NCBI GenBank assembly: GCA_963702205.1
Contig: OY969724.1
Location: forward strand, 768,001 to 832,000
Direction: 5' to 3'
Length of the DNA stretch: 64,000 nucleotides
Source: an uncultured candidate division Zixibacteria bacterium
GTDB lineage: Bacteria; Zixibacteria; MSB-5A5; GN15; PGXB01
Part shown: positions 49,979 through 60,450 of the stretch, piece after piece
How the letters are laid out: every line of letters starts with the position of its first letter
Numbering within the stretch: the stretch's first letter is position 1
Translations under genes and position numbers: made by a program
Notes under the pieces: model-generated
Told to the model about the DNA's origin: nothing
Database searches by the model: none
The model's input: only the letters and a program-made list of their open reading frames with translations

Positions 49979-50950
49979 ATGAAATAAAGAAATCTATTTA
50001 CAATTTTAATTTCGCTATTACTTCTTAGCATTATTGCAAGCCTGTCCAGCGCTCAGCAATTAACTCGGCTCGGGGTTGGGAATTTGTGCAAATGGTCGCC
50101 GACGGGTCAATATCTCTCATTTACCCGAGGAAATCAATTGATGATTTATGATGTCCAGTCAGGCGTATTGGACAGTCTCGCTCCCGTTTATGGTCTCAAA
50201 TACGATTGGATGTCGGATAGTACAATATTGGTTAAGCAGCGAAATGTGAGACGAGAAAAAGGTACAACCATTGTAGATGAGATATTCTTAAAGTACTTTT
50301 TAAACGGGACGGTGGATACGGCGTTCAGCGTCACCACTACAAGGGCTTCCTATGAAAGGTATATAATCCGGAAGTTGAATGACGGTAAATTGTGCATTTC
50401 GCACGACGGGTTTTCATCCCCAGATTCACTTAAAAATATGATTGGAGATAATAGCCTTGATGGCAATTTGTATTATGTGGTCAGCAATTACGATTATTGG
50501 CAAACCCGTCAATGGGGCCAGGAACGAGACAATGACGTATGGCTGATTCGATATGACGGTCGCCCATACAAACGAGTTACAACCGGAAAAACATATCGAT
50601 TACCGCAACTTGCGCCAGACGGCAACAAGATTGTCTGCAGTTCCGGCCGGGGCATGGTAGTTCTTGATCTTAACGGCAATGTTTTGCGTAAATCTAACAG
50701 TGCCGATATGGAATCTTGGCTTTCCGATAGTGAGAATCTTGTTTTTGTGAAAGCGATTGAAAAAGATGATGATATAGTGGCATCCGATATATACCTGGCT
50801 GATTTGAAAAGCAAGGATGAAATTCGGATCACAAATACGCCGGATAAAATTGAACTCAGCCCGGCAGTATCACCCAATAGAAAATTGTTGGCTTATATTT
50901 CTTATGAAGCTGATGCCAACTATGTGGAGATCAGGAATATTGAGCCTTAG
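49979..50950 (+). CDS. TolB/PD40-like beta-propeller protein; in-frame TAA at codon 3 interrupts the signal peptide (pseudogene or sequencing error)
   Basis: GAGG RBS, then ATG AAA TAA, then a hydrophobic signal peptide in frame with ORF 50084-50950. WSPTG, PQLAPDG and PAVSPN motifs. Confidence 0.7.
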
Positions 50951-51045
50951 CGGCACTCATCCACTTCACAAAGGACAATATTAGGTAATGCGAGAATTTA
51001 AGAATATTATTATTGACAATACTATCTATTAATGTGTATAATAAA
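50758..51045. repeat. ~290-bp imperfect direct repeat (second copy ~52307-52597)
   Basis: The 3' end of propeller gene 1, its intergenic region and the promoter recur with scattered substitutions and indels. Confidence 0.9.
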
Positions 51046-51114
51046 GGATGGGGGGAATTCATATATTCGTCCGTTTGTTTGAGGTTCATAATATTATTAA
51101 GCCAGGAGGGTGGG

Positions 51115-52161
51115 ATGAAAAGCCGTTTATTAGCGACATTAGTTAGCCTTTGCGTCATTTTTTCTGTCGCTTACTCGGAGAGTGTCGATCAATTCGTAAC
51201 AAACAAAATCATAAACATTGGGCGCGTATCAGTAATTCCAATGGCAACCCCCATACAATGGTCGCCGGATGGTTCGAAAATATCCTTTTTTAACAAGGAT
51301 GGATTTGTAATCGTTGATACGCTTGGAAATGTGGAGTTGGTGCATGATTTTAGTTTGGTGCCGCAACGGTATCTCTGGTTGTCGAACGATGAAGTTTGTT
51401 TGAGTTTGAACGAGGGATTGGATAAAGATTCTTCGATAAACAAACTCGTTGTTTTTAATATTAAATTGCAAGAAAGCAAATTGATCTCTCAATTCACGAG
51501 ATATAGACATTATCATGATATTGCCAATACAACGTCCTTTCATGGACCGTTGGAAAGTATTGACGGCAATTTATATTATCAGTTTACCCAATATACGACA
51601 AACTCGGCAAAATCGGGCACTCTCCAGGAAAAGCGCTGGGTTCGTCCCGAGAAATCGCCGTCGTTAGATGATGATTATATATTGAAATGGCACAATGAAG
51701 GGCTTTATAAAGTCAACCTGAATTCCTCCGATTCTATTCAAATATTTCCGCCAATTGACGGAACCCATCGCGGCGGTGCAATAATGAGTCCCAATCATCA
51801 TGCCATATTAAGCAGAGGCATATATATAAACCTGATTGATTCCATGCATCTGGATATGAATTCACTTATTCGAAATCCGCTGGATAGTACGTATAGTTGC
51901 AGTATCAGCTTTTCCAACTTTAATCCTCGATTCCCGGAAATCCTCGTTGATATAGCTTTCGATGATGCCCCAGGAGACAGGACGGTCGCAACCAGAATCG
52001 GCATGTTTTATCCGGAAAAACGGGAACTAATAATAATGGATCCACCGGGAGATCAGGCGTTTTGTGGTTATCCTTGTTATGCGCCCGATGGATTAAAGGT
52101 CGCATTTGTGGCGGATAAGAACGGATTTATAATGTATCGGAAAAAGGAGAGGGGGCAGTGA
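51115..52161 (+). CDS. Exported TolB-like beta-propeller protein
   Basis: AGGAGG RBS, signal peptide, PIQWSPDG and YAPDG motifs. Paralog of 52675-53682. Confidence 0.75.
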   Translation: MKSRLLATLVSLCVIFSVAYSESVDQFVTNKIINIGRVSVIPMATPIQWSPDGSKISFFNKDGFVIVDTLGNVELVHDFSLVPQRYLWLSNDEVCLSLNEGLDKDSSINKLVVFNIKLQESKLISQFTRYRHYHDIANTTSFHGPLESIDGNLYYQFTQYTTNSAKSGTLQEKRWVRPEKSPSLDDDYILKWHNEGLYKVNLNSSDSIQIFPPIDGTHRGGAIMSPNHHAILSRGIYINLIDSMHLDMNSLIRNPLDSTYSCSISFSNFNPRFPEILVDIAFDDAPGDRTVATRIGMFYPEKRELIIMDPPGDQAFCGYPCYAPDGLKVAFVADKNGFIMYRKKERGQ

Positions 52162-52535
52162 TAAAGTTTTTACCGCTCATTTCATTTATGTTGGTTTTAA
52201 TTTGTGTTGGCGGATCACATGCATCAAAGGATTATATAGATATATTCATCGATCCGGGGCATGGAGGCACTAAACCGGGCACTATTTCCTATATTGAAGG
52301 CTATGATGAAAAATATGATGATATAGTGGCTTCCGATATATACCTGGCAGATTTGAAAAGCAATGATGAAATCCAGATCATCAATACGCCGGATAAAATT
52401 GAACTCAGCCCGACAATATCACCCGATAGAACATTGTTGGCTTACATTTTTTTAAAGAGTCTGATGCCAATTACGTGGAGATCAGAAATATTGAGCTTTA
52501 GCGGCACTCATCCACTTCACGAAGGACAATGTTAG
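52158..52535 (+). pseudogene. Chimeric remnant: N-terminus of an Amidase_3 fused to a frameshifted propeller C-terminus
   Basis: Signal peptide and IFIDPGHGG...YDEK, followed abruptly by DDIVASDIYLADLKS from the duplicated block. Confidence 0.75.
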
Positions 52536-52674
52536 GTAATGCGAGAATTAAAGAATATTATTATTGACAAAACTATCTATTAATGTGTATAAATAGGTAA
52601 TTGGGGCTATTCATTATATTCAGAGCCCGTTTGGTCAAGAAAAGGCATTGTCTATTTGCTTAAAGGAGGGATCG

Positions 52675-53682
52675 ATGAAATTTAAATGCGGGAATATATG
52701 GATTATTGGGTGCATAATAGCTATAACCGTCATTTATTCAGTGTCGTTTGGCGATGATGATAGAAACTTCAGAGTCATAGAAATTGGGGGAACCGATGGT
52801 ACTCCAATTAGCGGTCCAATAAAATGGTCGCCATCAGGCAATAAATTAGGTTTTATCAGCCGATCGCATATCTTCGTAGTGGATACATTGGGAAATGAAA
52901 TCGCTACTGTTAAATCAAACCAACCCCTTCATCGGTTCGAATGGCTGACTGATAAAGAAATAGTCGCTTTTGAAGATTTGAGATCCAGAATGATCGAACA
53001 TATTAAGCTGGTTAAATATGATATAGAGACAGGTGAATCCAAAGTAATTCAGGAATTTAAAAAAGACTTGCCCTTGCCAAGGGGATTAAATGACGGGTAT
53101 TTTGAGGGGCCGTATCTAACGGTGCAGGGGAATTTATATTACTATTTGTACGAAGGCGGCGTGAAAACCCCGACGTTTCCGGAAAGCAAATATAGTGCAA
53201 AGGCTCGTTCGAGGAATAATTATATTTATAAATTAACGTCAGGCGGATTATACCTAATGCGGGCCGATTTGCAGGATTCGATCTATGCCTATGACAAAAA
53301 TTACAAAGATACGGTACAATCGTTGAAGCAAAAATACTATGTTAGAGGTGGTTTCATAACCGACCTCAAAGATTCGACGTCGATTTTATTGGATACATTT
53401 CCTGTACTAGAAAATATTAAAGCAGACTACATTGGTTGCGGGTTTATGAATGAAGATATCAATCCCAAATACAAAGAAATTCTATTTTATTATACTTGTG
53501 ACATAGATGAATATAATTCCACCGGCTATCTATTTTTATTCGATATAGATTCGGGCACATTTATTGACCTCGCGCATGAAATGAATGAGGAAAATTGCCA
53601 AACAGGGCGATTTTCTCCGGATGGGAAAATGATAGCCCTGTGTTGCTCTGGGAAGGGGTACATATTTATTAGGGGGGAATGA
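52675..53682 (+). CDS. Exported TolB-like beta-propeller protein
   Basis: AAGGAGG RBS, signal peptide, PIKWSPSG and FSPDG motifs. Confidence 0.75.
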   Translation: MKFKCGNIWIIGCIIAITVIYSVSFGDDDRNFRVIEIGGTDGTPISGPIKWSPSGNKLGFISRSHIFVVDTLGNEIATVKSNQPLHRFEWLTDKEIVAFEDLRSRMIEHIKLVKYDIETGESKVIQEFKKDLPLPRGLNDGYFEGPYLTVQGNLYYYLYEGGVKTPTFPESKYSAKARSRNNYIYKLTSGGLYLMRADLQDSIYAYDKNYKDTVQSLKQKYYVRGGFITDLKDSTSILLDTFPVLENIKADYIGCGFMNEDINPKYKEILFYYTCDIDEYNSTGYLFLFDIDSGTFIDLAHEMNEENCQTGRFSPDGKMIALCCSGKGYIFIRGE

Positions 53683-55249
53683 TGAAATCGGCACATTTGT
53701 TGTATTCAATTTCATATTTTGTGATAATTATTTTATTATTGGCGCCCATGAGTCAAACGCAGATTTTATTATGCGTGGATGCCGGGCATGGAGGAAATGA
53801 TCACGGAACTTGTGCAGCAACGTCGCTGGATACAACTTATTGCGAAAATGAACTTAATCTGTCTATAATGAAAATATTAAGGGATACATTGCTATATGAA
53901 TATTTGTTTACTGATTCATGCGATATATTTTATACCCGTTATACAGATACATTTCTGCCATTGCAGCGCAGGGCGTTTCTGGCTGATTCCGTAGGGGCTC
54001 GATCCTTTATATCTATCCATCATAATTCACTAGGCCCAATTATCCAGAGAACTGAAACTTTCTATTGTTCCATGATGCAAACCCCAGCAGATGATTCATG
54101 GGATCCTGAAAGAATTAGAGATACCGACACTTCGTTGGCGACGGTACTTGCACTTCGATTGAATGATAAACTTGGTTTTGGCTTTGGTAGTGAGCCTGCA
54201 AAAGATAATTGTTTTATTGTGCTAAAATATTCGGCAATGGCATCTGCATTAACAGAAGCATACTCTATTTCTGATACCGCAGTGGCTGACGCAATGATTT
54301 TAAATGATGATCATATACGAGAAAAAGAAGCCAGCGCATTGGCCAAAGGTTGGTATGCCTATTATGAAGGGGTTCAAGGAATAGCTATTGTTCAATATGA
54401 GTATTTGGATTTATCCTATAATGATGTTACTCAATGTTATGTCCAGGTGGGATTGGGAAATGACCCTGTTTTGCAAAATATCCCCTATCAAGGCTGCTGG
54501 TTACTAAACGAATACGTGATGCTATATGCCGAAGATATAGACGCCGTGTATGACAGCACACGAACATTCCATCACTGGGAATGGCGGGATTTTTCTGCGG
54601 ATACATTAATATACAGATATAATGACTATCAAAGACAGGTGGATTTCTTCGTATCTCCTTCCTGGGCCGACAGTACACATTATTATAGAGCGTATTTCAC
54701 CGGGGGAAGTTTTAATTTAAATCTGAACCTTCCTATTCCTTCAATGACAAAAATATACAGTGACTCGGTTTGTTTAATTGCCTGGAGTGCACCTGAAGGT
54801 ATATTAAGGTCTTGTTCATTATATGTAGATTATTCTTCTGATAGTATGCAGAATTGGGCCAATATAATCGGGCCCGTACCCTATAATTATGGATTTGTTA
54901 AAAACGCAATGGGGCGATATGATTGGGATGTTCCCGATATAGAAGCAAATAATTGTTATTTGCGTTTGAGGGCTTATGATTATTTAAATAATACTGACAC
55001 TTTGATTTCACATAGGTTCAAGATCGGGCCGAGTTTCATTTGTGGCGACGCTAATGAAGATGAATTGGTCAATCTTGAGGATATCTGTATATAATGGCCT
55101 GGTTGTACGAGGATGGCCCCGAGCCGGTGCCCATGGAAGCGGGCGACGTTAATAGCGACGACGACATTAATCTATTGGATGCACTGGCTTTAATAAGCAA
55201 TTTGTATGATGAAACACCAGGTGATCCGGAATTGATCTGCCCGGAATAA
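53679..55249 (+). CDS. Secreted N-acetylmuramoyl-L-alanine amidase (Amidase_3) with a C-terminal dockerin (frameshift near 55085)
   Basis: VDAGHGG, ENELNL, L.RRA..A, FISIHHN and ALTE motifs. The dockerin CGDANEDELVNLEDI continues in another frame as LYIMAWLY...GDVNSDDDINLLD...ICPE. Confidence 0.82.
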
Positions 55250-55278
55250 ATATAGATTCATTTAACGCGCTTCATGGA

Positions 55279-56715
55279 TTATTTCAACAACATCATTTTC
55301 CTGATCTCGGTTTGGGTCTCCGTTCGCAGGCGGTAAAAGTATATCCCCGACGGCATCTCGCGGCCGGATTGGTCGGTGCCGTTCCAGTGCACCGAATGTG
55401 GCCCGGCGGCGAGCGTTGTACTCATCAGGTTGATTAATTGCTGCCCCAGGACGTTGTATATCGAAATGTCCACGTGCGCGCGACGCTCCAGCGAGAAATC
55501 GATTCTCGTGTCGGGATTGAAGGGATTCGGGTAGTTTTGATCGAGGACGAAATCGCGCGGAAGAATATCCTCGTTATCGTCGATACCGGTCGGTGAATTG
55601 ATAAGATTTAAGAAAACCGAAATGTTTTTATCGTACCTGTTGGCCACGACCATGTCAAGGTCGCCGTCGCCGTCAAAGTCGGCTGCGGCCAGGCCCTCGG
55701 GAGTATCGCCGGTCGAGAACAGGCGGCCCGATGAGAAAGTGCCGTCGCCGTTGTTGGGCATGACGACGACCACGTTGCTGTAATGGTCGATAAAAATCAA
55801 ATCAAGATCGTCATCGAGGTCGACGTCACCGGCGATGATATGAAACGGATCGCCGCCGAAGGCGCTGTACGTTGTCGCGGTCTGAAAAGTCCCGTCGCCG
55901 TTGCTGAGCATGACCGATATGGTATTGGCAACCTGATTGGCGGTCGCCAGATCCGGGATCAGGTCGCCGTTAAGATCGGCGGCGACCAGCGAGTTGGGCC
56001 CCGAACCGGTTGGCAGGTTACCACCGGATATGAATTGGCCGTTTCCCTTATTTTTGGCAATGGAGACGTTGTTGCTCAAAAAATTGGAGATGGCGAGATC
56101 GACGTCTTTGTCGCCATCGTAATCGATGGGCTGAATAATGTGCGGACCGGTATTGGTGCCGTAGGTATCGGCGTCGGCGTAGCCCGTATCGGCTTCGTTT
56201 ATAAAAACCGAAAATTCATTGGACGCGGAATTGGCAGCGACGATGTCGAGCAAATCATCGCCGTCGAGGTCCTCGGCCCGGACGTCCCACAAGGCCGATT
56301 CGGCGAGGAGCGATTTTGTTTCCTCGAATACTCCGCTGCCATTGTTGTAGAGAATGGCCACCTGATATTGCGGCGATTGCGATGTCACCAGAAGGTCGAT
56401 ATCTTCATCGCCGTCGACGTCCTGCGCCAGTACGACCCGGGGATGAACCGGGACCGTGTAATAGACGGGGTCTGCGAAAGTACCGTTGCCGTTGTTGAAA
56501 AATATGGCGGCGTTTCTGGGTCCGTAGTTTATGGCGACGATATCGACGTCACCGTCGCCGTCGAAATCCCCGGTATCGACCCAGTCAGGTTCCGTGAAAT
56601 ATGAAGCGCCGGTCTCGTAGTTGGCGCGCGGTGCGAATGTAACCTGGGCCGACGCACCGACGTAGCCGAATACCGAAAATATGAATAAAATTAGTCCAAT
56701 AGCACTGTTTTTCAT
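55279..56715 (-). CDS. Secreted FG-GAP/VCBS repeat protein with a T9SS/FlgD-like C-terminal domain
   Basis: Signal peptide, seven D.DGD.D.D repeats, QNYPNPFNP...RKMMLLK. Confidence 0.9.
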   Translation of the reverse strand: MKNSAIGLILFIFSVFGYVGASAQVTFAPRANYETGASYFTEPDWVDTGDFDGDGDVDIVAINYGPRNAAIFFNNGNGTFADPVYYTVPVHPRVVLAQDVDGDEDIDLLVTSQSPQYQVAILYNNGSGVFEETKSLLAESALWDVRAEDLDGDDLLDIVAANSASNEFSVFINEADTGYADADTYGTNTGPHIIQPIDYDGDKDVDLAISNFLSNNVSIAKNKGNGQFISGGNLPTGSGPNSLVAADLNGDLIPDLATANQVANTISVMLSNGDGTFQTATTYSAFGGDPFHIIAGDVDLDDDLDLIFIDHYSNVVVVMPNNGDGTFSSGRLFSTGDTPEGLAAADFDGDGDLDMVVANRYDKNISVFLNLINSPTGIDDNEDILPRDFVLDQNYPNPFNPDTRIDFSLERRAHVDISIYNVLGQQLINLMSTTLAAGPHSVHWNGTDQSGREMPSGIYFYRLRTETQTEIRKMMLLK

Positions 56716-57071
56716 ATATCAATATACCCCGTAATTGCTTTCCATTAAAGTAGTCTCATTTGTATTGTCTTTTTATATTTTAAATTTCGTTTTTCAATCA
56801 AAAGACGGGTGATTATTTACAGGAAACAACGGAAGGCAGTTTTGTTTGGGTCGCCACGTCTTTTTTCGTTTTTTTCGGCTCCGAGGGGAGCGAAAATCGT
56901 CTATATTAAAAACGTGGAGAAGATTGGTTTTGTTCTATAATTTCCGGATGTGGAGAATATACCTGTCCGATGATAGATATGTATAAAAATCTTTCTTGCA
57001 AATTATGGAAATTATATTATCCTTAACTTGTTGACAAACAATAGAATAAATACTACCAGGCAGGGCCGGAT

Positions 57072-60050
57072 ATGAAAACATTAGTCTCGTTCGCGATTCT
57101 GCTTATGATGCTGATAATACCATCCGTTTCTTTTTCGGGTGAGATCGTTCCCAAACTTCTGGAAACTATAAAAGGTCTCGATAACGCTCAACTGGTTCCG
57201 GTCATAATTTCCGTGGTATCGGACGAACAACCCTCGGCCCTAAAAGCCGATCTTCAGGCCACGTTTGCCAAACTGGCCGACCGTCACCGGGTCGGGATGG
57301 AGCGTCTGAAAAGCGCGGCTTCTTTGTCGCAAAACGACTTGCTGGGATATCTCGATGTTTTGGAGCGTGACGGTCAGGCGGCCCATATTAAAAGCCACTG
57401 GATAATAGACGTCGTTACGGCCGACGTTGCAGTTGGACAGCTTAAAAATATTGCGGGCCGAAGTGACGTCTTGCAGGTGTTTCAGCTTCCCACGATCAGA
57501 TCTATCGAGCCGTTGAAAGACAGCTATGATGATTACAATAAAGCTCTGGTCGGGGTGGAAGGTAATCTAAAGGCGGTCGGGGCCGATCAGGCGTGGGCGA
57601 TGGGTTACGACGGCACCGGGCGGGTGGTTTGTTCTTTCGATACCGGTATTTATGGCGAACATCCGGCGCTGGTCAACAGCTGGCGGGGTAAAGACGGCGA
57701 TTCCTCGGCGTCGTGGTTCGATCCGATTGGCGGCGAAATGGCCCCGCACACATATAATACCACGCTTAGTTCATACTGGCATGGCACGCATGTCATGGGA
57801 ATTATGGTCGGGCACGTCGATGCCACCGGCGATACGGTCGGCGTTGCGCTCGGAGCCAAGTGGATTTCGGCGGCAGTGATTGACATTCCGGGCGCGTCGA
57901 TTATCGATGCTTTTGAATGGGCGGCCGATCCCGATGGCGACCCCAATACCAGTTCCGATATGCCCGACGTCATTAATCACAGCTGGGGCATTCCCAATAC
58001 CGATATGGACTGCGATGATTATTTCTGGGCGATGATCGACAACACCGAGGCGCTCGGGATTGTCAATATTTTCGCGGCTGGGAATGAAGGCGGTGTTGCT
58101 GGTGACGCCACGATAGCTAACCCGGCCAACCGGGCGAGCGCTCCCCTGTCGGATTTTTGTGTCGGAGCGCTGGATGTTTTGCCGATTTCAGGCGATACAT
58201 TGATCGCCAGCGGTTCATCGCGGGGACCATCGGATTGCGATGGTACAACTATAAAACCGAACGTGGTAGCACCGGGACAGAATATTCGGTCATCTATCCC
58301 ACCAAATGCATTTTACTATGAAGCGCACGGCGGGACGTCGATGGCCGCACCGCACGTAGCCGGGGCGGTGGCGATTTTGCGCCAGGTGGCACCGGATGCC
58401 ACGGTCGATGAAATCAAACAGGCGCTTATTGCCGGATGCAGCGACATAGGACAAACTTTGCCGGACAACGATTACGGTTACGGTCTGATCAAGATTCCGG
58501 CGTCGATAGCGGCGCTTACGGCCGCCTCCAATCCCGATCTGCGGGTGTACTCGTACGATATCGGCACCATCAATCCCGGCGACGTCGCCTCGGCCGACGT
58601 GGTCCTGACCAATCGCGGCGGCTCGCTCGATGAGGTTTATGCCAGAATATCGGGCGGTGACGGCGTTTTAACGTTCACTTCCGACTCCCTGTATTTCGGC
58701 ACGGTTGGGATAGGGGATGTTGTATCCGGTCATGTGCCGTTCGAGGCTCTTATATCCAATACGGTCACGGCCGGGTCGATGCTCAGCCTCGATATGACAT
58801 TGTACGGTGCCGGGGGATATACGAAAGCAGCCAAGTTGTACTTTTTGGTCGGGGCCAAACCGGAAATATCGTATTTCACGCACAATACAGGCAGGATCGT
58901 CTTCGACGTTTCCAATTTCGGGCAGTATGGCTTTGCTGCAGGAAGTTTTTATCCGCTGGGCAAGAACGGGTTCGCTTTCGATGGGGCCAACAATATGTAT
59001 GAGGCGGCGTTCATGGTGGCTACCGACGCCAACCATGTCTCCGACGGTGCCCGCAATGTCGTACCTGAACCCGACAATGATTTCGCGGTCGCTCCCGGCG
59101 GCGATATGCAGACGTTCTCGCCGGGTCCGCGGGCCAACCAGGAATCGTGGTCGACTTTTAATGACAGCAAGGCCGAGAACCCGATCGGACTGGAGATAAC
59201 GCAGAAGACTCTCAGCTGGACGGCGCCCGAGTACCAGCAGTTTGTCATAATGGAATATATCATCAGGAACATTTCCGGGACGACCTTAAACAATGTCTAC
59301 GCCGGTTTGTATGTCAACTGGGACGCCAACAATTCGATCGCTTACAATATCGGAACATATTCATCGCCGGAAAATCTCGGCATGATATGTTATCAGAATC
59401 CTTTCGGTTTCGATTCCTCAGGATTCAGGGGGATATCGGTGCTCTGGAATGAGGGACCTTTGTTGTACAAAGTCATCACACAAGCCAAGCAGGGTGGGTC
59501 TTTCTCTTTTCTGCCCTGGACCGAAGCCGACAAATTCGCAGCGCTGTCGGGCGGGATCGATCCCGACTCGGTCGACGGCGGCGCCGGACTCGATCTGGCA
59601 CATCTCATTGGAGTCGGGCCGACGCCGATGGTCAACGGTCAGGCCGACACGGCCGTCTTCGCACTTCTGGCCGCCGACACTTACCCCGATCTCAAGGCTC
59701 AGGCTTTGGCGGCAAAGAATCTGTACCTGTTGGCACTCGACGTCGAAGAGGTCGATCACGGTATTATCCCGAACGACTTTGTTTTATATCAAAACCAACC
59801 CAACCCGTTTAATCCGTCAACGGTCATCCCGTTCGCGTTGTCATCGCGCGCCAGTGTGACCTTGAGCGTCTATAACCTGCTCGGTCAGAAGGTGGTTGAT
59901 CTGGTTGATGAAGAGATGCCGGTCGGAAACTATCAGGTCGACTGGAACGGGACCGATGAAGCGGGCAAGCCGGTTTCATCGGGGGTGTATTTTTATCTTC
60001 TCAAATGCGGCGACCACAGCCTTTCGAAAAAGATGATCCTGCTGAAATAG
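57072..60050 (+). CDS. Secreted S8 subtilase (bacillopeptidase F-like) with a T9SS/FlgD-like C-terminal domain
   Basis: FDTG, HGTHVMG, AAGN and GTSMAAPHVAG motifs, plus QN.PNPFNP...KKMILLK. Confidence 0.93.
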   Translation: MKTLVSFAILLMMLIIPSVSFSGEIVPKLLETIKGLDNAQLVPVIISVVSDEQPSALKADLQATFAKLADRHRVGMERLKSAASLSQNDLLGYLDVLERDGQAAHIKSHWIIDVVTADVAVGQLKNIAGRSDVLQVFQLPTIRSIEPLKDSYDDYNKALVGVEGNLKAVGADQAWAMGYDGTGRVVCSFDTGIYGEHPALVNSWRGKDGDSSASWFDPIGGEMAPHTYNTTLSSYWHGTHVMGIMVGHVDATGDTVGVALGAKWISAAVIDIPGASIIDAFEWAADPDGDPNTSSDMPDVINHSWGIPNTDMDCDDYFWAMIDNTEALGIVNIFAAGNEGGVAGDATIANPANRASAPLSDFCVGALDVLPISGDTLIASGSSRGPSDCDGTTIKPNVVAPGQNIRSSIPPNAFYYEAHGGTSMAAPHVAGAVAILRQVAPDATVDEIKQALIAGCSDIGQTLPDNDYGYGLIKIPASIAALTAASNPDLRVYSYDIGTINPGDVASADVVLTNRGGSLDEVYARISGGDGVLTFTSDSLYFGTVGIGDVVSGHVPFEALISNTVTAGSMLSLDMTLYGAGGYTKAAKLYFLVGAKPEISYFTHNTGRIVFDVSNFGQYGFAAGSFYPLGKNGFAFDGANNMYEAAFMVATDANHVSDGARNVVPEPDNDFAVAPGGDMQTFSPGPRANQESWSTFNDSKAENPIGLEITQKTLSWTAPEYQQFVIMEYIIRNISGTTLNNVYAGLYVNWDANNSIAYNIGTYSSPENLGMICYQNPFGFDSSGFRGISVLWNEGPLLYKVITQAKQGGSFSFLPWTEADKFAALSGGIDPDSVDGGAGLDLAHLIGVGPTPMVNGQADTAVFALLAADTYPDLKAQALAAKNLYLLALDVEEVDHGIIPNDFVLYQNQPNPFNPSTVIPFALSSRASVTLSVYNLLGQKVVDLVDEEMPVGNYQVDWNGTDEAGKPVSSGVYFYLLKCGDHSLSKKMILLK

Positions 60051-60129
60051 GCAGGCAGAGGGCATTAGATACGGCTTTGGGGCAGGCTTGTTTATAGCCT
60101 TTTGGCTGGCTTGCGGCCCGCGATTTTCC

Positions 60130-60157
60130 TTGACAGATAGCAGAATATTGCTATACT
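60130..60157 (+). promoter_or_regulatory. Sigma70 promoter of the tRNA
   Basis: TTGACA-N16-TATACT with an extended -10 (TGn). Confidence 0.7.
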
Positions 60158-60183
60158 TGCGGGCACGATTTAAGACCGAAAAC

Positions 60184-60257
60184 GTCCCCATCGTCTAGTC
60201 GGTCTAGGACACTGCCCTTTCACGGCGGCAACAGGGGTTCGAATCCCCTTGGGGACG
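60184..60257 (+). tRNA. tRNA-Glu (TTC), CCA not encoded
   Basis: GTCCCCA/TGGGGAC acceptor stem, anticodon loop CTTTCAC, T-loop GGTTCGAATCC. Confidence 0.95.
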
Positions 60258-60400
60258 CTTTTTTTATATCCGGTTAATTTCAAATCACTTGTGCAAAATA
60301 CCCAAAGTTGATGGATTCTTATTGTGTTAGAGCAGGGTTTTGATTCAATATGGATTTAAAAGATTTTAAATATGTCGTGATTAGAGAAAAATTTGACAAT

Positions 60401-60427
60401 AAAAAGGCGGCCGGGTGGCCGCCTTTT
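60401..60427. terminator. Bidirectional intrinsic terminator
   Basis: AAAAAGGCGGCC-GGGT-GGCCGCCTTTT between convergent transcription units. Confidence 0.85.
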
Positions 60428-60450
60428 GCTATTCAGAAATTCTTCTTACA

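Noticed and set aside
50758..52597. Possible diversity-generating retroelement TR/VR pair
   Set aside because: Mismatches are not restricted to adenines, the repeat includes intergenic and promoter DNA, and there is no reverse transcriptase in the window.
60184..60450. tRNA-Glu as an integration site for the downstream region
   Set aside because: No integrase or duplicated tRNA 3' end is visible, and the downstream gene has host-type domains.
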